Part shown: positions 1 through 11,396 of the stretch, in pieces
Layout of the letters: each line of letters opens with the position of its first letter
Position numbering within the stretch: the stretch's first letter is position 1
Origin: Marsupella aquatica
Lineage: Eukaryota > Plantae > Marchantiophyta
NCBI GenBank assembly: GCA_973895155.1
Contig: OZ316895.1
Location: 16,064,816 to 16,128,815 of the forward strand
DNA: 64,000 nucleotides
Direction of reading: 5' to 3'
Notes under the pieces: generated by a model
The model's input: the letters and a program-made list of their open reading frames with translations, nothing else
Databases searched by the model: none
What the model was told of the DNA's origin: nothing
Translations under genes and position numbers: made by a program

Positions 1-745
1 CAAGTCAAACAAAAACAAACAGAAAATATTACTAAAGCGACAACAAAAACAAAAACAAAGGATGGATGACCAAAGCAAAGAACCTCGACCCGGTAGTGAC
101 AACAACCGCACGTCGAAAAGGACCGCTGCAGCCCCGCGCAAAGGAAGCTGTCGCGGAGGCACCCCCTCCGGGTAGAACACCAAGAAGCCACACCACAACG
201 AGCTGCCCCAGGCCACGAACCAACCCCGGCACAGAGCCAGGAGAAAAAGCGCCAGACCCCGGGCCAGGGCAGGGCCGATCACCAGGCTAGAGCAGAAATC
301 CAACCAGCAGAGAAGGCTCCCAAGCACCAAGACCTCCCCCCCAAACAGAACCGAGGGGCCCGGAAAACAGCCCCCAAAGGGCCAAAGCCAGCAGTACGAG
401 GAGCACCGAAAGAGGAGAACCAAGGATGAAGAGCCCGGGGCCAACAACCCACACAAAAATCCCGGTAAGGGGGAAAGGGGGGGGGGATCCGAGGGTCACC
501 CCGGCGGAAGGAGCCCCTCTCCGAGGGGCAGGGGGTCCCTCATAATGAGGCCCCCCCAAAAAGGGCCCCTGCGCATGCCCCTCCCTGGCTTCGCCACACG
601 TCAGCCACCACAGCGCGTCAGCGCCCAGCCGTGCGCAACCCAGCCCACCCCCGCCGCGCTCGACCTCGCTCGCCCGACCCTCCCGCCACTCACTCGCTCC
701 CCCGCTCCTCCCGACCCCGGTTCGCTCCGCTCCGCTCCACTCTTC
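1..745. mobile_element. GC-rich, strand-biased segment; probable end of an unidentified TE cut by the window edge
   Basis: CpG-rich and C/A-rich on +, with an abrupt switch to AT-rich sequence near 745. No recognisable protein. Confidence 0.3.
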
Positions 746-1089
746 ATAAACTAAGTTTTCCTCAACAAAAGCCAGTTCATTGGATACCGTTGATTTTTCT
801 TAAATCACAACTGGCCATCAAAAACTAAAAATAAGATTAAGCCTCAAAAAGTATAACAACAGATAGTCTCCACTTTTCATGAAGTTTTCCTCAAGGGAAG
901 CCAGTTCATAATTGGATACCTTTGATCTGCCCATCAAGAATTATAATAAGCATTAAAAACTATAACAACAGGTCCCGCCATTTTCTTTATAGTGGTGCTT
1001 CTTAGCTTTTTCTGTGCCAAAGAAAATAAGGAAAGCAAAGATAGAAACAAACATGGAGAACAAGTCACTCCAAAAGTGGAGGAAGAATC

Positions 1090-1335
1090 ACTCTTGATCC
1101 TCTTGATCTCCCAATGTAATTGCAAGACAGTACAGTCACTCCAATCCCTGGCCAGTGTCTTCTTTGTAATTGCTCCTCCACTTGATCTCCTAACTGTACT
1201 TGCAAGTATGTCTTCTTTATATTTGCTCCTCCACTTGATCTCCTAACTGTACTTGCAAGTAAAGCCATTCCCCTTGATCTCCTCATTGTAATTGCAAGTA
1301 GAGTCACTCCAATCCTTGGCCAGTGTCTCCTTTGC
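1090..1335. repeat. Degenerate tandem repeat (TTGATCTCC...TTGCAAG units)
   Basis: TTGCTCCTCCACTTGATCTCCTAACTGTACTTGCAAGTA occurs twice; AGTCACTCCAATCC.TGGCCAGTGTCT occurs twice. Confidence 0.85.
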
Positions 1336-2440
1336 ATTTGCCCCTGCCCTAATGTATCCTCCATATATGTGCCATGCAATGCAAACAGAGTGTGGTAGCC
1401 CCCTCCCCTTGGTACTCCCATGAAATGAGTACATAACATGAAAACCAATATAATTGGCAAAATTGAATCAAATGGTAATGATTTAGGGGATAAACAACTC
1501 TGAGCCGGGGTGGCAGGGTTAAAAGATGCATGCATGAGGGAACCACCACATGTGACATCTTTTAGATAACATTATTTTTTGTGTAACAACATCCTGTGTG
1601 CAATGTTCTCTTTTGCACAAGATCATCCTTTCAATTCTATGACAGACTTCTTTTACTAGCTTAATGAAATCTTTTGTGTAATGATATCCCTCTACTAAAC
1701 AACATATTTTCTGCAACAACAGCTTTAACTTAATATGACATGTTTAATTTGGACAATGATATAATTTACTTAACTACATCTTTTATACAATGATATTTTT
1801 TGTGTAACGCCTGGGATTGAACTCCTACATAATATGTATAAGGGGAACCATCCATTCAGGACTTCTCCCTTTCTACACATCCCCCTCACATTCTTTCCTC
1901 TAAGGGGCCAGTCTGCTCCATCATTTCAGGAATTTTTTATAGTCAATAGTAAAATTTACGTGGATCATACGAGTAACCCGTAGCTCTTGACGGCCGGGGC
2001 AGCTGTTCGTGGTATAAAGTTGTCAAAATTGATTGATTTCTGTTGAGCAACTTTTTTGCTGGTCTGATTCCTACTTATCTTGGGATTCAGCTAACCTGAT
2101 CTATGTGTCCCTGGCCAGATTGGCAAGCCAAACACGCTACTTTCCCAATTTGACAGACTAGAACAAACACAAGATCAAAAGAGAGGAGAGAGAGCACTGC
2201 AATGTCGACCAAAGAAGCACGAAACACAAAATAATAAGTCTGAACTTGGGTAACTAATTAGTCCAACAAATAAAATTGCCTATATTAGCATGGCAAAGTT
2301 AATGCCAAGTTAGCTATATAACCAAGGCTATAAGTCTACTATTCTTTCACTCATATTAAACTATAAACAAGAGATACATATATTAAGCCCTGGAATCATA
2401 CAATATTATTCACAATATATGCTAGCTTGAATGGACTCTA

Positions 2441-3182
2441 CACTGTTCACCATAATTGGTCTAATCTTGGAAATAGTCTTAGTCCCCTAGTATTAGTGTT
2501 GGTAACCCTAATTTAAGAGTGGGGCAGGTTTGAATAGAGAATAACACTGTATGTGGTGGGTTTTTGAGCTAAGATTATTTACAATAGGGTTGGAATCGAT
2601 CCCTTGAACTGTAGTAGAGCAATTCAAATTTGTCTAGTCCTATTCCTGATTCATGCTGACATTGTTTGGCAAGTAGTGTAGCCTAGCTAGCTTGCTGAGA
2701 CTCTATTCCCTATCTGTACTTTATCTTTTTCTAGTGATTCTGAATGCATGAGACACACTCTTCTCCCTAGCTGTTTGAGGTGAGAAAGCAGTCATGTCTA
2801 TTTGTATGTGTGTATTGGAACCCTCTCAGTTTTGCTTGTATGAAGTGGTAGTCTTTGAAGTGTGCCTTCAAGCAAAATCCCCGGCAAAATCTCTGAATTT
2901 ATTGTTATCTACAAACAGAATTTGTATAAACTTTTCTCTCCAATAGTGGTGTGCAAAACTGGAATTAATTAATAGTATAACACTAATGTTACTTAATGCG
3001 TACACTATTATTGTTAGTCCATAATTATTAATAATATTACCAAGACTATTGGCTAATAAGTGTACGCATTAATGCAATTAGTTTTTGTAATATTATTAGC
3101 TATGTTAATTGAAGAGTAAGCCCAAAAATATAGGCTGCACAGTCTATAAGATTACCAAGACTAATTGGAGTCACGAACACTG
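2441..3182. mobile_element. Degenerate MITE of the CACTGTTCACCATAATT-TIR family
   Basis: Left TIR follows TA and matches the copies at 14254 and 24744; right end is degenerate (CACGAACACTG). Confidence 0.55.
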
Positions 3183-3459
3183 TCGGAAGGTTCAATTCCA
3201 TGATCCCACATGGCATCCATCATGTGTGACAAAGAATGGGTTGTTTTGATGCATTTTGAGCAAGACTTTTTAAACCACCACTCGGGGTATAAAGCCCCCC
3301 ACCAGGCTGCCCGCACGTACGGGGCACTCTGCCCAGGTCAGGCAGAGTGTCGGGTGCCCTGGCATCACCCGGAGCTCACAGGGCCCAGCAGCGCTCCCCC
3401 CTCCCCGTAGCCCCCCTCCCAGCCCTAGCACTTGGGCAACAGCGGCCGCTGTTGCAAGG

Positions 3460-4080
3460 AGCCAAGACTGGCTGGCTGCCATAGCCAGCTGCGAGCACCA
3501 ACCTTGCTGCTACGAGATGCTGCTCAACTTGCTCGCCTCCTGCTCAACTTGCTCGCCTCCTGATTGCCGACATGCTGCCTTTGCTCCGAGCTCCCAAGAT
3601 TTCGTGGCTGCCATAGCCAGCTGCTCGCCTTCTCCTCGACCTGCTGCCAACCTCGCTCGCGACCTCGCTGCTGCTCAACATTGCTGCTGCTTGACGTCGC
3701 TCATGCTCGACCTCGCTGCTGCTCGACCTTGCTGCTGCTCGACCTCGCTGCTACTCGCCTGCTGCTCACTTGTTGCTCGACTCGCTGCCACCACTTTGAG
3801 CTTCCAATACTTCGTTTCCACCATAGCCAGCTGCTCGCCTGCTGCTTGACTCGATGCCAACCTCGTCGCTCCCCTGCTCCTCGCTCGCCTCTTTCAAGGC
3901 AGCGCTGCCAACCTTGCTACTTGCCTGCTGCTGAACTTGCTCGCCTACTGCTCGCTTGTCCTGACCTCATTGCTGCTCCGACCTTGTTGCTGCTCCCGAC
4001 CTCGCTGCCATAGCATGGGGAAACTAAGCTCGCCTTGCTGCCAAGCTTGCTATACTTTGTGACAGCCATAGCTTCTTGTT
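3460..4080. repeat. GC-rich low-complexity (CTG/CTCG) array with repeated CCATAGCCAGCTGC units
   Basis: Many CTCGACCTCGCTGCTG-like units; the overlapping ORFs are low complexity. Confidence 0.8.
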
Positions 4081-4467
4081 TGCTGATCGTTTTACGACTC
4101 ATTTCTCCTCATTGTTAGGTCTCAATTTCTCCTGATCACATCAACTCAAATCGTGGAGAGCAGAGCGTGTGCTGCCGTCTGTGAGCCTTGCTTGTGTTCA
4201 TTTGGATCTATTGTGGCCTAGGTGGAGTTCCCTTTCAATATACTCCTCGGATTTTGGCTGGAGTTGAGGCTGCGGTTTGCGCTTGTTGTTCTGCATTTCC
4301 CTCTGTTCTTGCAGCAATTCAATTGTGAGCATTTCAGGTCTTACTGCTGCAATTGGTGTTGTGGATTTGTGTTCGTCCCCCCTTGGATTTCAGTGGCAAG
4401 GTAGTGCAACCAGGAGTTCTGATCTTGGTGCTCGGATTTCGGCTGTGAGGTTTCTCTGAGGATTTCA

Positions 4468-5037
4468 TTGCACTGTGTTGCTGCCATTTCAGTTGTCGCA
4501 AGTGCTGTGAGCTTTTTTGGTGTTGATCCCGCTATATTTGCAGTGACAACAGGGTCTGATTTTCAATGTACCTTCTTTGCTAATGTTGGGCAAGAGCAGC
4601 AAGTGACATGTGAATGTGATTGGTTTTGTGTCAGGAAGATGGCGCCGACTAGAAAATTGAGAGCCATGTTGACTGAAAATGGCAATGGGATCTACAATTT
4701 GACCTGGCAGGATCCTAGTCATGTTGAGGGCACTCCACCTACTGTCCGGACTGTCACTGTGCAAGAGGTCCAGGCTGATTTTCCAGATTTTTGTACTGCA
4801 ATTACAGAGTGTCACAGTGATCTCAACCCTGTAGTCCCAATTGAACAGCTGATCATGTGCGCTGCATATAGTTATGTTGAAACTGTCATGAGAAGGAAGA
4901 GATACCAAGTCTACACTCACTTGGCCTACGTAGCAGGGTATTCCGAGAGAACTAAGTTTCCTGAACCGGTTGAAGCTTCTGTGAAAGCTACTTGGCATGA
5001 TGAAGGAGAGGAATTTGTAGGATTCCTTGCTAATTAG
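4468..5037 (+). CDS. KolX-like accessory protein (P2X7 intracellular/ballast-domain-like); true start uncertain, possible acceptor at 4542
   Basis: TCECDWFCVRKMAPT, CTAITECHSDLNP, RYQVY, and C-terminal ERTKFPEPVEASVKATW..GEEFVGF parallel the KolX pattern (CxCxxC..MPT; R..IPSCV...IR..FP...G.Y.GF). Convergent with the transposase. Confidence 0.6.
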   Translation: MHCVAAISVVASAVSFFGVDPAIFAVTTGSDFQCTFFANVGQEQQVTCECDWFCVRKMAPTRKLRAMLTENGNGIYNLTWQDPSHVEGTPPTVRTVTVQEVQADFPDFCTAITECHSDLNPVVPIEQLIMCAAYSYVETVMRRKRYQVYTHLAYVAGYSERTKFPEPVEASVKATWHDEGEEFVGFLAN

Positions 5038-6096
5038 GTATAGAGAGACTTTTGCCACACTTCATGTTTATGTTTCAATGTTTGATATGACTAATAAAGC
5101 TGTTTGCAGAATACAACTCCTGCTGGTTGGCAGCATAAGGGGTTCAATTCCCCTTGGGAGTACATGTTACAAAAACACAAAAACATATTTGCATGAGAAG
5201 CACATTGTTCTATCTTGTTTACATGCACGGATGTATAATTATTATCTTTGTTTCTTCCTTCCCATTGCACTTCTCAAAGTTGGTAGTATATGCTACAGCA
5301 CAAGAAAGGTTCTGAGAGTCACTATCTATTGCAACTCTACTGTCTGAAGTACTATGCATGACCAAACAACTTTTATCACCAAACACTTTTATCACCAAAC
5401 ATTGTTTCACATTCAAACCGCAATATTCCTTGTAATGATGGCTCATTGGAGTCGGCACTCTGAAAATTTTGCTCATTGTAGTCTCTAAAATGAATCTCTG
5501 AAGTCTCTAAAATGGCACCCATTCAATTTGGCACATTTCTCTAAAATGGCACTCCAAAATATGGTTCCACCACAATAAACACTTCACATTTGTTTGACCA
5601 CTATAAGCATTACAACATGAGTCACAAAATAACACCAAAAAGCCAAAATAAAAATTGCCAATGTTCTTAGCTATCACATGAGAGTCGAAAGCTTCATCCA
5701 TAGCTCTTGCCTTGAGTCACAGTACTACTGGTGTGAGGTCATCATTTTTCTAATCAGGTCCCGGCCCTCCTCAAGAGAATCACCCCTACAACAATGACAA
5801 CCATTTTAGAGGAAGTTACACAATGACAACCATTTTACAGCAAAATGATACCTATTTCAATGAACTAATTTTATTGCTTATACTCACATGAAGTATGTTA
5901 GCCGAGGTCTTTTATGGAGGCCTGGCACCACTCCATAAGTACACTGATAGCTATGTTCACCACATGTCAACCCTCCTGCATAAAATCACCCACAAAATTG
6001 TACCTTATGATAATTGTCATCAACATCAATCTACCAATATGCTTACATTGCCACTTGTACAAAATATTTAGCTCATCTCATTACTTTACCTTGGCT

Positions 6097-9000
6097 CTAA
6101 GATGGAGGTGGCACTCCATAAATACGCTCACTCGTTCGGTCCTTCCAATTAGTGGTTCGGTCCACCAACACTCGTGTTCGACCAGGACGCTCTCTAATAG
6201 CAGTATTCACGGGCGTGCGATGGTAGACCTTCCACACATGTCGGCGGATATTCTCGTTCCAATCAAGGGCAGCACAACACAAGCGAGCCTCATGAGTAGC
6301 CGAGAAATGAATACGCTTGATGGCATACTTGCCCATCACAGAGTGATAGGTCTCCGACATGAAGTTCTCCCGAGCCATGGTATAAAACCTCATCTTGGAA
6401 GGAGTAATATACTTCTTCATGAACTTTTGCATGGCTAAGTGAGTCTCACCACCTGCATGCACAAAACCCACATTGTGAATCATGTGACCCAACAATAACA
6501 CCCAAATGATATTAGGACAACTATAGTAAGTAACATATATTGATTTGTACCTCGCTCATAATAACGGTCAACCTGGATGGCTCCAGGGTCTCCAAGATGC
6601 TGACAAGGTCTATCCGATAGTCTTGCACATAACGCATGATCGCCAGCCCAATGATCAGCGCAGTTTCCCAACTCAAAGGCCAACGACTCTGCATCTCCCC
6701 CACTGCCAAACAAAAAAATTGTCAAAACTCTATTATATATGCTACTAGACCTCAACCCATATTACAACATTTACACATAAAATGCAAAATCAAAGAAATC
6801 ACACAGTCCATGCATAAAACAATTCACATACCTGGTCCTACAGCGCCGACAACATACATAGAACCACGTCTTCAATTTGGTGGCCAAGTTATGCTGAGAC
6901 AACTCTGGATACTTTGGACCACGAGTCTGAATGTGTACTAGCTCCTCATCAGGTAACCCTCGCATGTCAGCAACTTTATGGACCAGGGCCTCCTTCCTGA
7001 GGGTTGAGTACCCTCTCACTCCTTTTGCCCTCAACCAATCCTGCAACCTTTTAGCAGTAACTGCTTGTAGCTCAGAATGAGAGGTGGCAGTATCGATGTC
7101 AATAGTAATAGTGTATGTCACACTCACCATCTTCTCAACAAACTTTTTGACCAAGTTCTTTGCCTTATGCCATAGGTCTTTCTGGTTCCTAATCCCCATA
7201 TCCTCCACAATAGTATCGATAGTGGATTTATCATCATGGATAACCTCTGTAATAGATATTCCTACCTCTCTCAAGCTATCCAATGCCTTTTTGGTACCCC
7301 TGTCCTCCATGTACCAGGCATTTCTCTCCTCTCGCCGAGTAATTGTCACCATCTCAATTACTCTATTATCTTCAGTGTTGAGGATAGAGGTGGTACCATG
7401 AAAACCACTCCGAGAAGAATCCCAACGAGTATCGAGATACACCACCAACCCTGGATCTGTGTCAAACCACACACAAGTACTAAGAATCAAAATTTACGAG
7501 AAATTGCATCATGATACTAGAAATCTATGACTGGTCTTCTAGGGGAACCAACTCACTAACCTGTCTCAGTCGTCCGTCGATACTGAAGCTGGTCCTTCAA
7601 CTGCTCCCATAGATGATTTTTGTCTTCCTTCCACTCTTGCTTCACAGCTGCTATCCATCCACCTTGGGGTCGCCCACGACCACTCTGAAAGTCATGCCAA
7701 TGACCCGCAGTAGGGACATGTAATCCTAGGTGCGAGGTAACAGAAGCCAAGGATGTGTAGGTCAATCCGGAGCAAAGGGTAGAATGATATAACTTGGGAG
7801 TAATCATGGGGGAACTCCTCCCTGGCTCATTGTCACCTGTAACAAAGGTCCAACCATGTCCATCCACACCACAACCAATACGAATTGACCATAACTGATG
7901 CAACTCCCTAACACGCTCAACTATCGGAGTCCTCAAACATCCATGTACATGACATCGAGGGAGTAGCCGATCAACAAACGTAACCAGCAAATGGCGATCA
8001 AAAAACTCTACTGTAGCTGGCCGACGGGGTGGTGCTCTACGAGTCGGCTGAGAGTCCGGAACTGGAGCCGGTTGAGAGTCCGGAACTGGAGTGGGCTGAG
8101 AGTCCGGAACTGGAGCTGGCTGAGAGTCCGGAACTAGAGTGGGCTGAGAGTCCAGAACTGGAGCCGACTGAGAGTCCGGAACTGCAATGGGCTGGGAGTC
8201 CAGAACTGGAGCCGAGTGAGATTCCGGAACGGGAGATGGCTGAATGTCCGGAATTGGAGATACCTCCTGATATAATAAATCCACAATCTATGTCAATAAT
8301 TATTTTTGAATTTTCTACAAAGTTGTTGAAAAGGTGATGGTCATGAAAGATCTCATACCTGAAAGGTATCCCCATCCACAATGTCCAAGGCCCCTAGAGC
8401 TGCAAGAGCAACTGGGTCATCATCTTGATAAAGAGCGTCATCCTCCGCATCTGAGGCATATTGCTCTGCAATATGTTCCTCCAAGACGTCATCCTCTACT
8501 CTATCTGAATCCCATGCCTCATGTTGGGCAGTCTGCAAATAGCACAAAGATGAAGTTTAGCAATGAATAGAACCCTAAAACTTTACTAAACCCTAAAGTT
8601 GTAAAGTACCAAATTATGAGCAACACCCATATGTTTGAGTTGTGAAAAATATTGTAGTAATAACATGCCTGGCATGATATATGACTGTGGTAACCCTAAA
8701 ACATATGAAATTTTTTTATTCATGTGTTGGGGTTTCTTACAACAAAACAAACCCTGACTTTGGCAAACCCTAAACTGTTGGTATTTATTAGTAATGACAT
8801 ATTTTCATGGATGTGAGTTAGGTGAGTATACAGGGGCTCATTACAAAACAGAATTATAACTTAGCAAAACTATGCTCAATTGTCATAATCCAAGCCTAAA
8901 CCATAAAAATGGTGAAATTGAAGAAAGGGGACTGTTGGCCGAAATAAAATAGTAACACATGGATACATATATGAATGACACCATAAAAGAGACAATTGTA

Positions 9001-9370
9001 CCTGAAGTGGTGGGTGTGAAGGCTGGTCACTGTTGTGCTCAGGTGCGGCTGGAGGTGCTTCGTCCCCCATCAATTGAGTGGCCTCCGCTATACGCCATTC
9101 ATGGAGTTCCTCAACCCCAGGTCGTGAGTGATCTAGTAACCATGTGACCACAGTAGAATGCGTGGTATCTGGTCCAAGCAAAGCTCTAAGGTCCTCCCAC
9201 TCATCCCACCGCTCAAGTGGGACCCGGATTTCTGGCTTGGCATCCGGTCTCCGTCTCTTCTTATAATCTATATCATCACTCGGATACCGTCGCCTGGGTG
9301 GACCACCCCCTCGTTGGGGACGTTTCCGCCTCCCATCCGGAAGATTGGGGGGGCGCGCCCCTGTGCTCAT
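6097..9370 (-). CDS. Kolobok-type DDE transposase, 6 exons, ~793 aa (exons 9370-9002, 8532-8359, 8266-7561, 7456-6832, 6702-6551, 6452-6097)
   Basis: Six ORF-track segments join at GT-AG introns with matching phases (0,0,1,2,1) into 2382 nt without a stop. Motifs: YLDTRWDSSRSG (D1), VIHDDK (D2), QKDLWHKAK (DxxH), NFMSETYHS (E), CAALDWNEN. These match Kolobok patterns recalled from memory (DGRCDSPG / TDRH / HQFDVWH / LESFHS / AALDHN). Confidence 0.8.
8044..8250 (-). repeat. 24-bp coding tandem repeat (PVPDSQPA-like, ~8 units) in transposase exon 3
   Basis: Repeated GCTGAGAGTCCGGAACTGGAG units on the + strand. Confidence 0.9.
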
Positions 9371-9447
9371 ACTGTCCTATCCTAACGCCAACCTCTAAAA
9401 TGTACCTAAAACCTAAAAATAAAAACCTACATATGAAAACTGGAGAC

Positions 9448-9572
9448 CGGATGCCAAGCCCAACCCGGCAAACAAATACAAAATTCTACAAAACAATGCA
9501 AAGTCAAAATCGGATGCCAAGCCCAACCCGGCAAACAAATACAAAATTCTACAAAACAATGCAAAGTCAAAA
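9448..9572. repeat. 63-bp tandem duplication upstream of the transposase
   Basis: CGGATGCCAAGCCCAACCCGGCAAACAAATACAAAATTCTACAAAACAATGCAAAGTCAAAA occurs twice. Confidence 0.95.
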
Positions 9573-9804
9573 AATGGAGAGGGAAGAAAAGGAAGGAGCA
9601 CTAGACCTTGTTGAACATGTGAAATATGGCACCCCAACACTTTCCCCCCTCCCTACTAAGACCTCCTCCTCCCTCCTGCTCTGCTCCCTCTTGCTCTGCT
9701 CTGCGCTCCCGATCACCTTGGCTGGAATAGAAACCCTAATCCCATGCTCTGGCCGCCACATTTTTGACCCCACACAGTGGACTTCCCCAAAAAATACAAC
9801 CACA

Positions 9805-9876
9805 TGCACTGTGGAGATTCGAACTCAGGACCTCCTGGGTGGGAGGCAGGGTTGTGAACCATCAAGCTAAGGAAAA
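9805..9876 (-). other. tRNA-like (Gly-like) sequence with Pol III A/B boxes; not a functional tRNA
   Basis: Minus strand reads TAGCTTGATGG (A box), CCTGCCTCCCACCCAGG (anticodon-like arm), GAGTTCGAATCTC (B box/T arm), GTGCA. The acceptor stem does not pair. Confidence 0.55.
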
Positions 9877-10729
9877 TCTTTGAATGAGAAGATCCCTCAA
9901 CTGTAAATGAACTAAAAAAATGCGCCTCAGCCTTGACCATTCCCTGTTCTCTCGGCAGGGCCCGTGTTGTCACCGCACCCTGCCTTCTTCCCTGGCACCC
10001 GACACTTTATAAGGCCAGGTGTCCCCTGCCCGGCCTGCCCGTAAATTTGAATTTCAAATTTACTTCCCCACCCAATCAGAAGCCCCCGTTTGTTATTCAC
10101 TATTTTCTCATTCATTTTTCATCATTTTCTAATGCGGATTTTTCTGGGACGTAGATCTCAGCGAGATCTTCAAAATGAGCCGTAGATCGCTGAGTTTCAT
10201 GGGCGGATGAGATTATGGTGAAGGCCGATCGGAGGGCTACCGATGGGCGCCCGTCCGCACTCGCGAGCGTCGAGTTTCTTCAGTGAGTACTCCGGGTCAC
10301 CCGGAGTACTTATATTACGAATTGTGGTTTAAAACTTACATGCATGGAGTAAAGGTTGAAATTTTCAAAATAGCATGGACATCATCACCTGATTGGCTGC
10401 TACTTGGATTTAATTAAGTTTCTAAGGATATCACAAAAAGTCGGGCAAAAAGTCAATATGTCGATCACTGTCATGTGATGGGGGTGCCTCAGAGAAGTTA
10501 GACCCTCAAGGATAGACTTTTGCAAAGCTCGAGATGGAATCTTAGCGTATGTTTCAACGCAATCCAAGTAACACGATTTACAACTTTTACAGAGTATTTT
10601 CACATAAATTTATACACTCTTGCCCATGTGACTCTATTCGGGTTTAATATTGGTAAACCTAGCTTAGAAGTGTTGATATACATGGACGCATAATGTTTTT
10701 GTAACAAGTGTATGAAAAGTCTAATATAG

Positions 10730-11235
10730 CATGCTATAGCATGCTCATCCTGGAACATGCTTGAGTTTTTGTCTTGTAGTGATTTGAAAAGAAATAAAAC
10801 TTGAGAACATAAGTAGAAGGATTGGTGCACAGTGACCAATGAAAAGTACAATCAAGGATGCTACAATGTGTGCACTTAATTCAATGAATGACACTCATTC
10901 CAATAAAAACCATAAACTTAGTAAAGAAATACATGAGGGAACCTAAGACACAATCAGAATTATTTCTCTCATTCATGAGAATGTTCAAGTGGTGAGAATG
11001 GTTCATTTTATCTCTAACAAAATCATAAATATTAAAATTTATAAGGGGGTTGCCAAAATAAGTTCAAAATACTGTAGAATCCTAGAAATTAAAGGGGTCC
11101 ATAAATTAATTAAAAATGTATATGATACACAGGTTGCCCCTTGATAAGGCACATTGAAATAAAAATATATGACACCAAAACTCTGAATAAGACAAAATCT
11201 GAAAGGTGGATCCATCATATAGCAGTTCCAAATAT
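10730..11235. repeat. Dispersed ~500-bp repeat family A (uninterrupted copy)
   Basis: TAGCATGCTCATCCTGGAACATGCTT, CAATAAAAACCATAAAC and GAATAAGACAAAATCTGAAA motifs recur at 29205-30530 and 30528-32445. Confidence 0.85.
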
Positions 11236-11252
11236 AATTTAACTATGAAAAG

Positions 11253-11396
11253 TATGAAAAGTCTAACTAACTAACTAACTGACTAATTAACTCAAACTTG
11301 AAATCAAGTTGACAATACCAATATGAAAAGTCTAACTAACTAACTAACTAACTGACTAATTAACTCAAACTTGAATCAAGTTGACAATACCAATAT
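11253..11396. repeat. ~80-bp tandem duplication containing (CTAA)n
   Basis: TATGAAAAGTCTAACTAAC...GTTGACAATACCAATAT occurs twice. Confidence 0.9.

Larger units (their letters stand above)
3280..10330. mobile_element. Putative autonomous Kolobok-like DNA transposon; termini unresolved, may extend left to ~1900
   Basis: Tail-to-tail transposase and KolX-like genes. TATA-like motifs face inward at ~3288 (+) and ~10010 (-). Palindrome at 10286-10310. No clean TIR or TTAA TSD identified. Confidence 0.6.

Noticed and set aside
3517-4013. Overlapping Leu/Ala/Cys-rich ORFs
   Set aside because: Products of the CTG/CTCG repeats, which lack stop codons.
4489-5058. 189-aa minus-strand ORF mirroring the KolX-like ORF
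   Set aside because: Antisense shadow; only the + frame has recognisable motifs.
9217-9870. 217-aa plus-strand ORF
   Set aside because: Antisense to transposase exon 1 and its leader, inflated by the 63-bp duplication, and has no motif.
9805-9876. Functional tRNA-Gly gene
   Set aside because: The acceptor stem and D arm do not pair; kept only as a tRNA-like sequence.
1900-10400. Candidate TIR pair (GGGGCCAGTCTGCTCCATC versus 10355-10400)
   Set aside because: Similarity is too weak by eye and there is no matching TTAA on both sides; termini are left unresolved.
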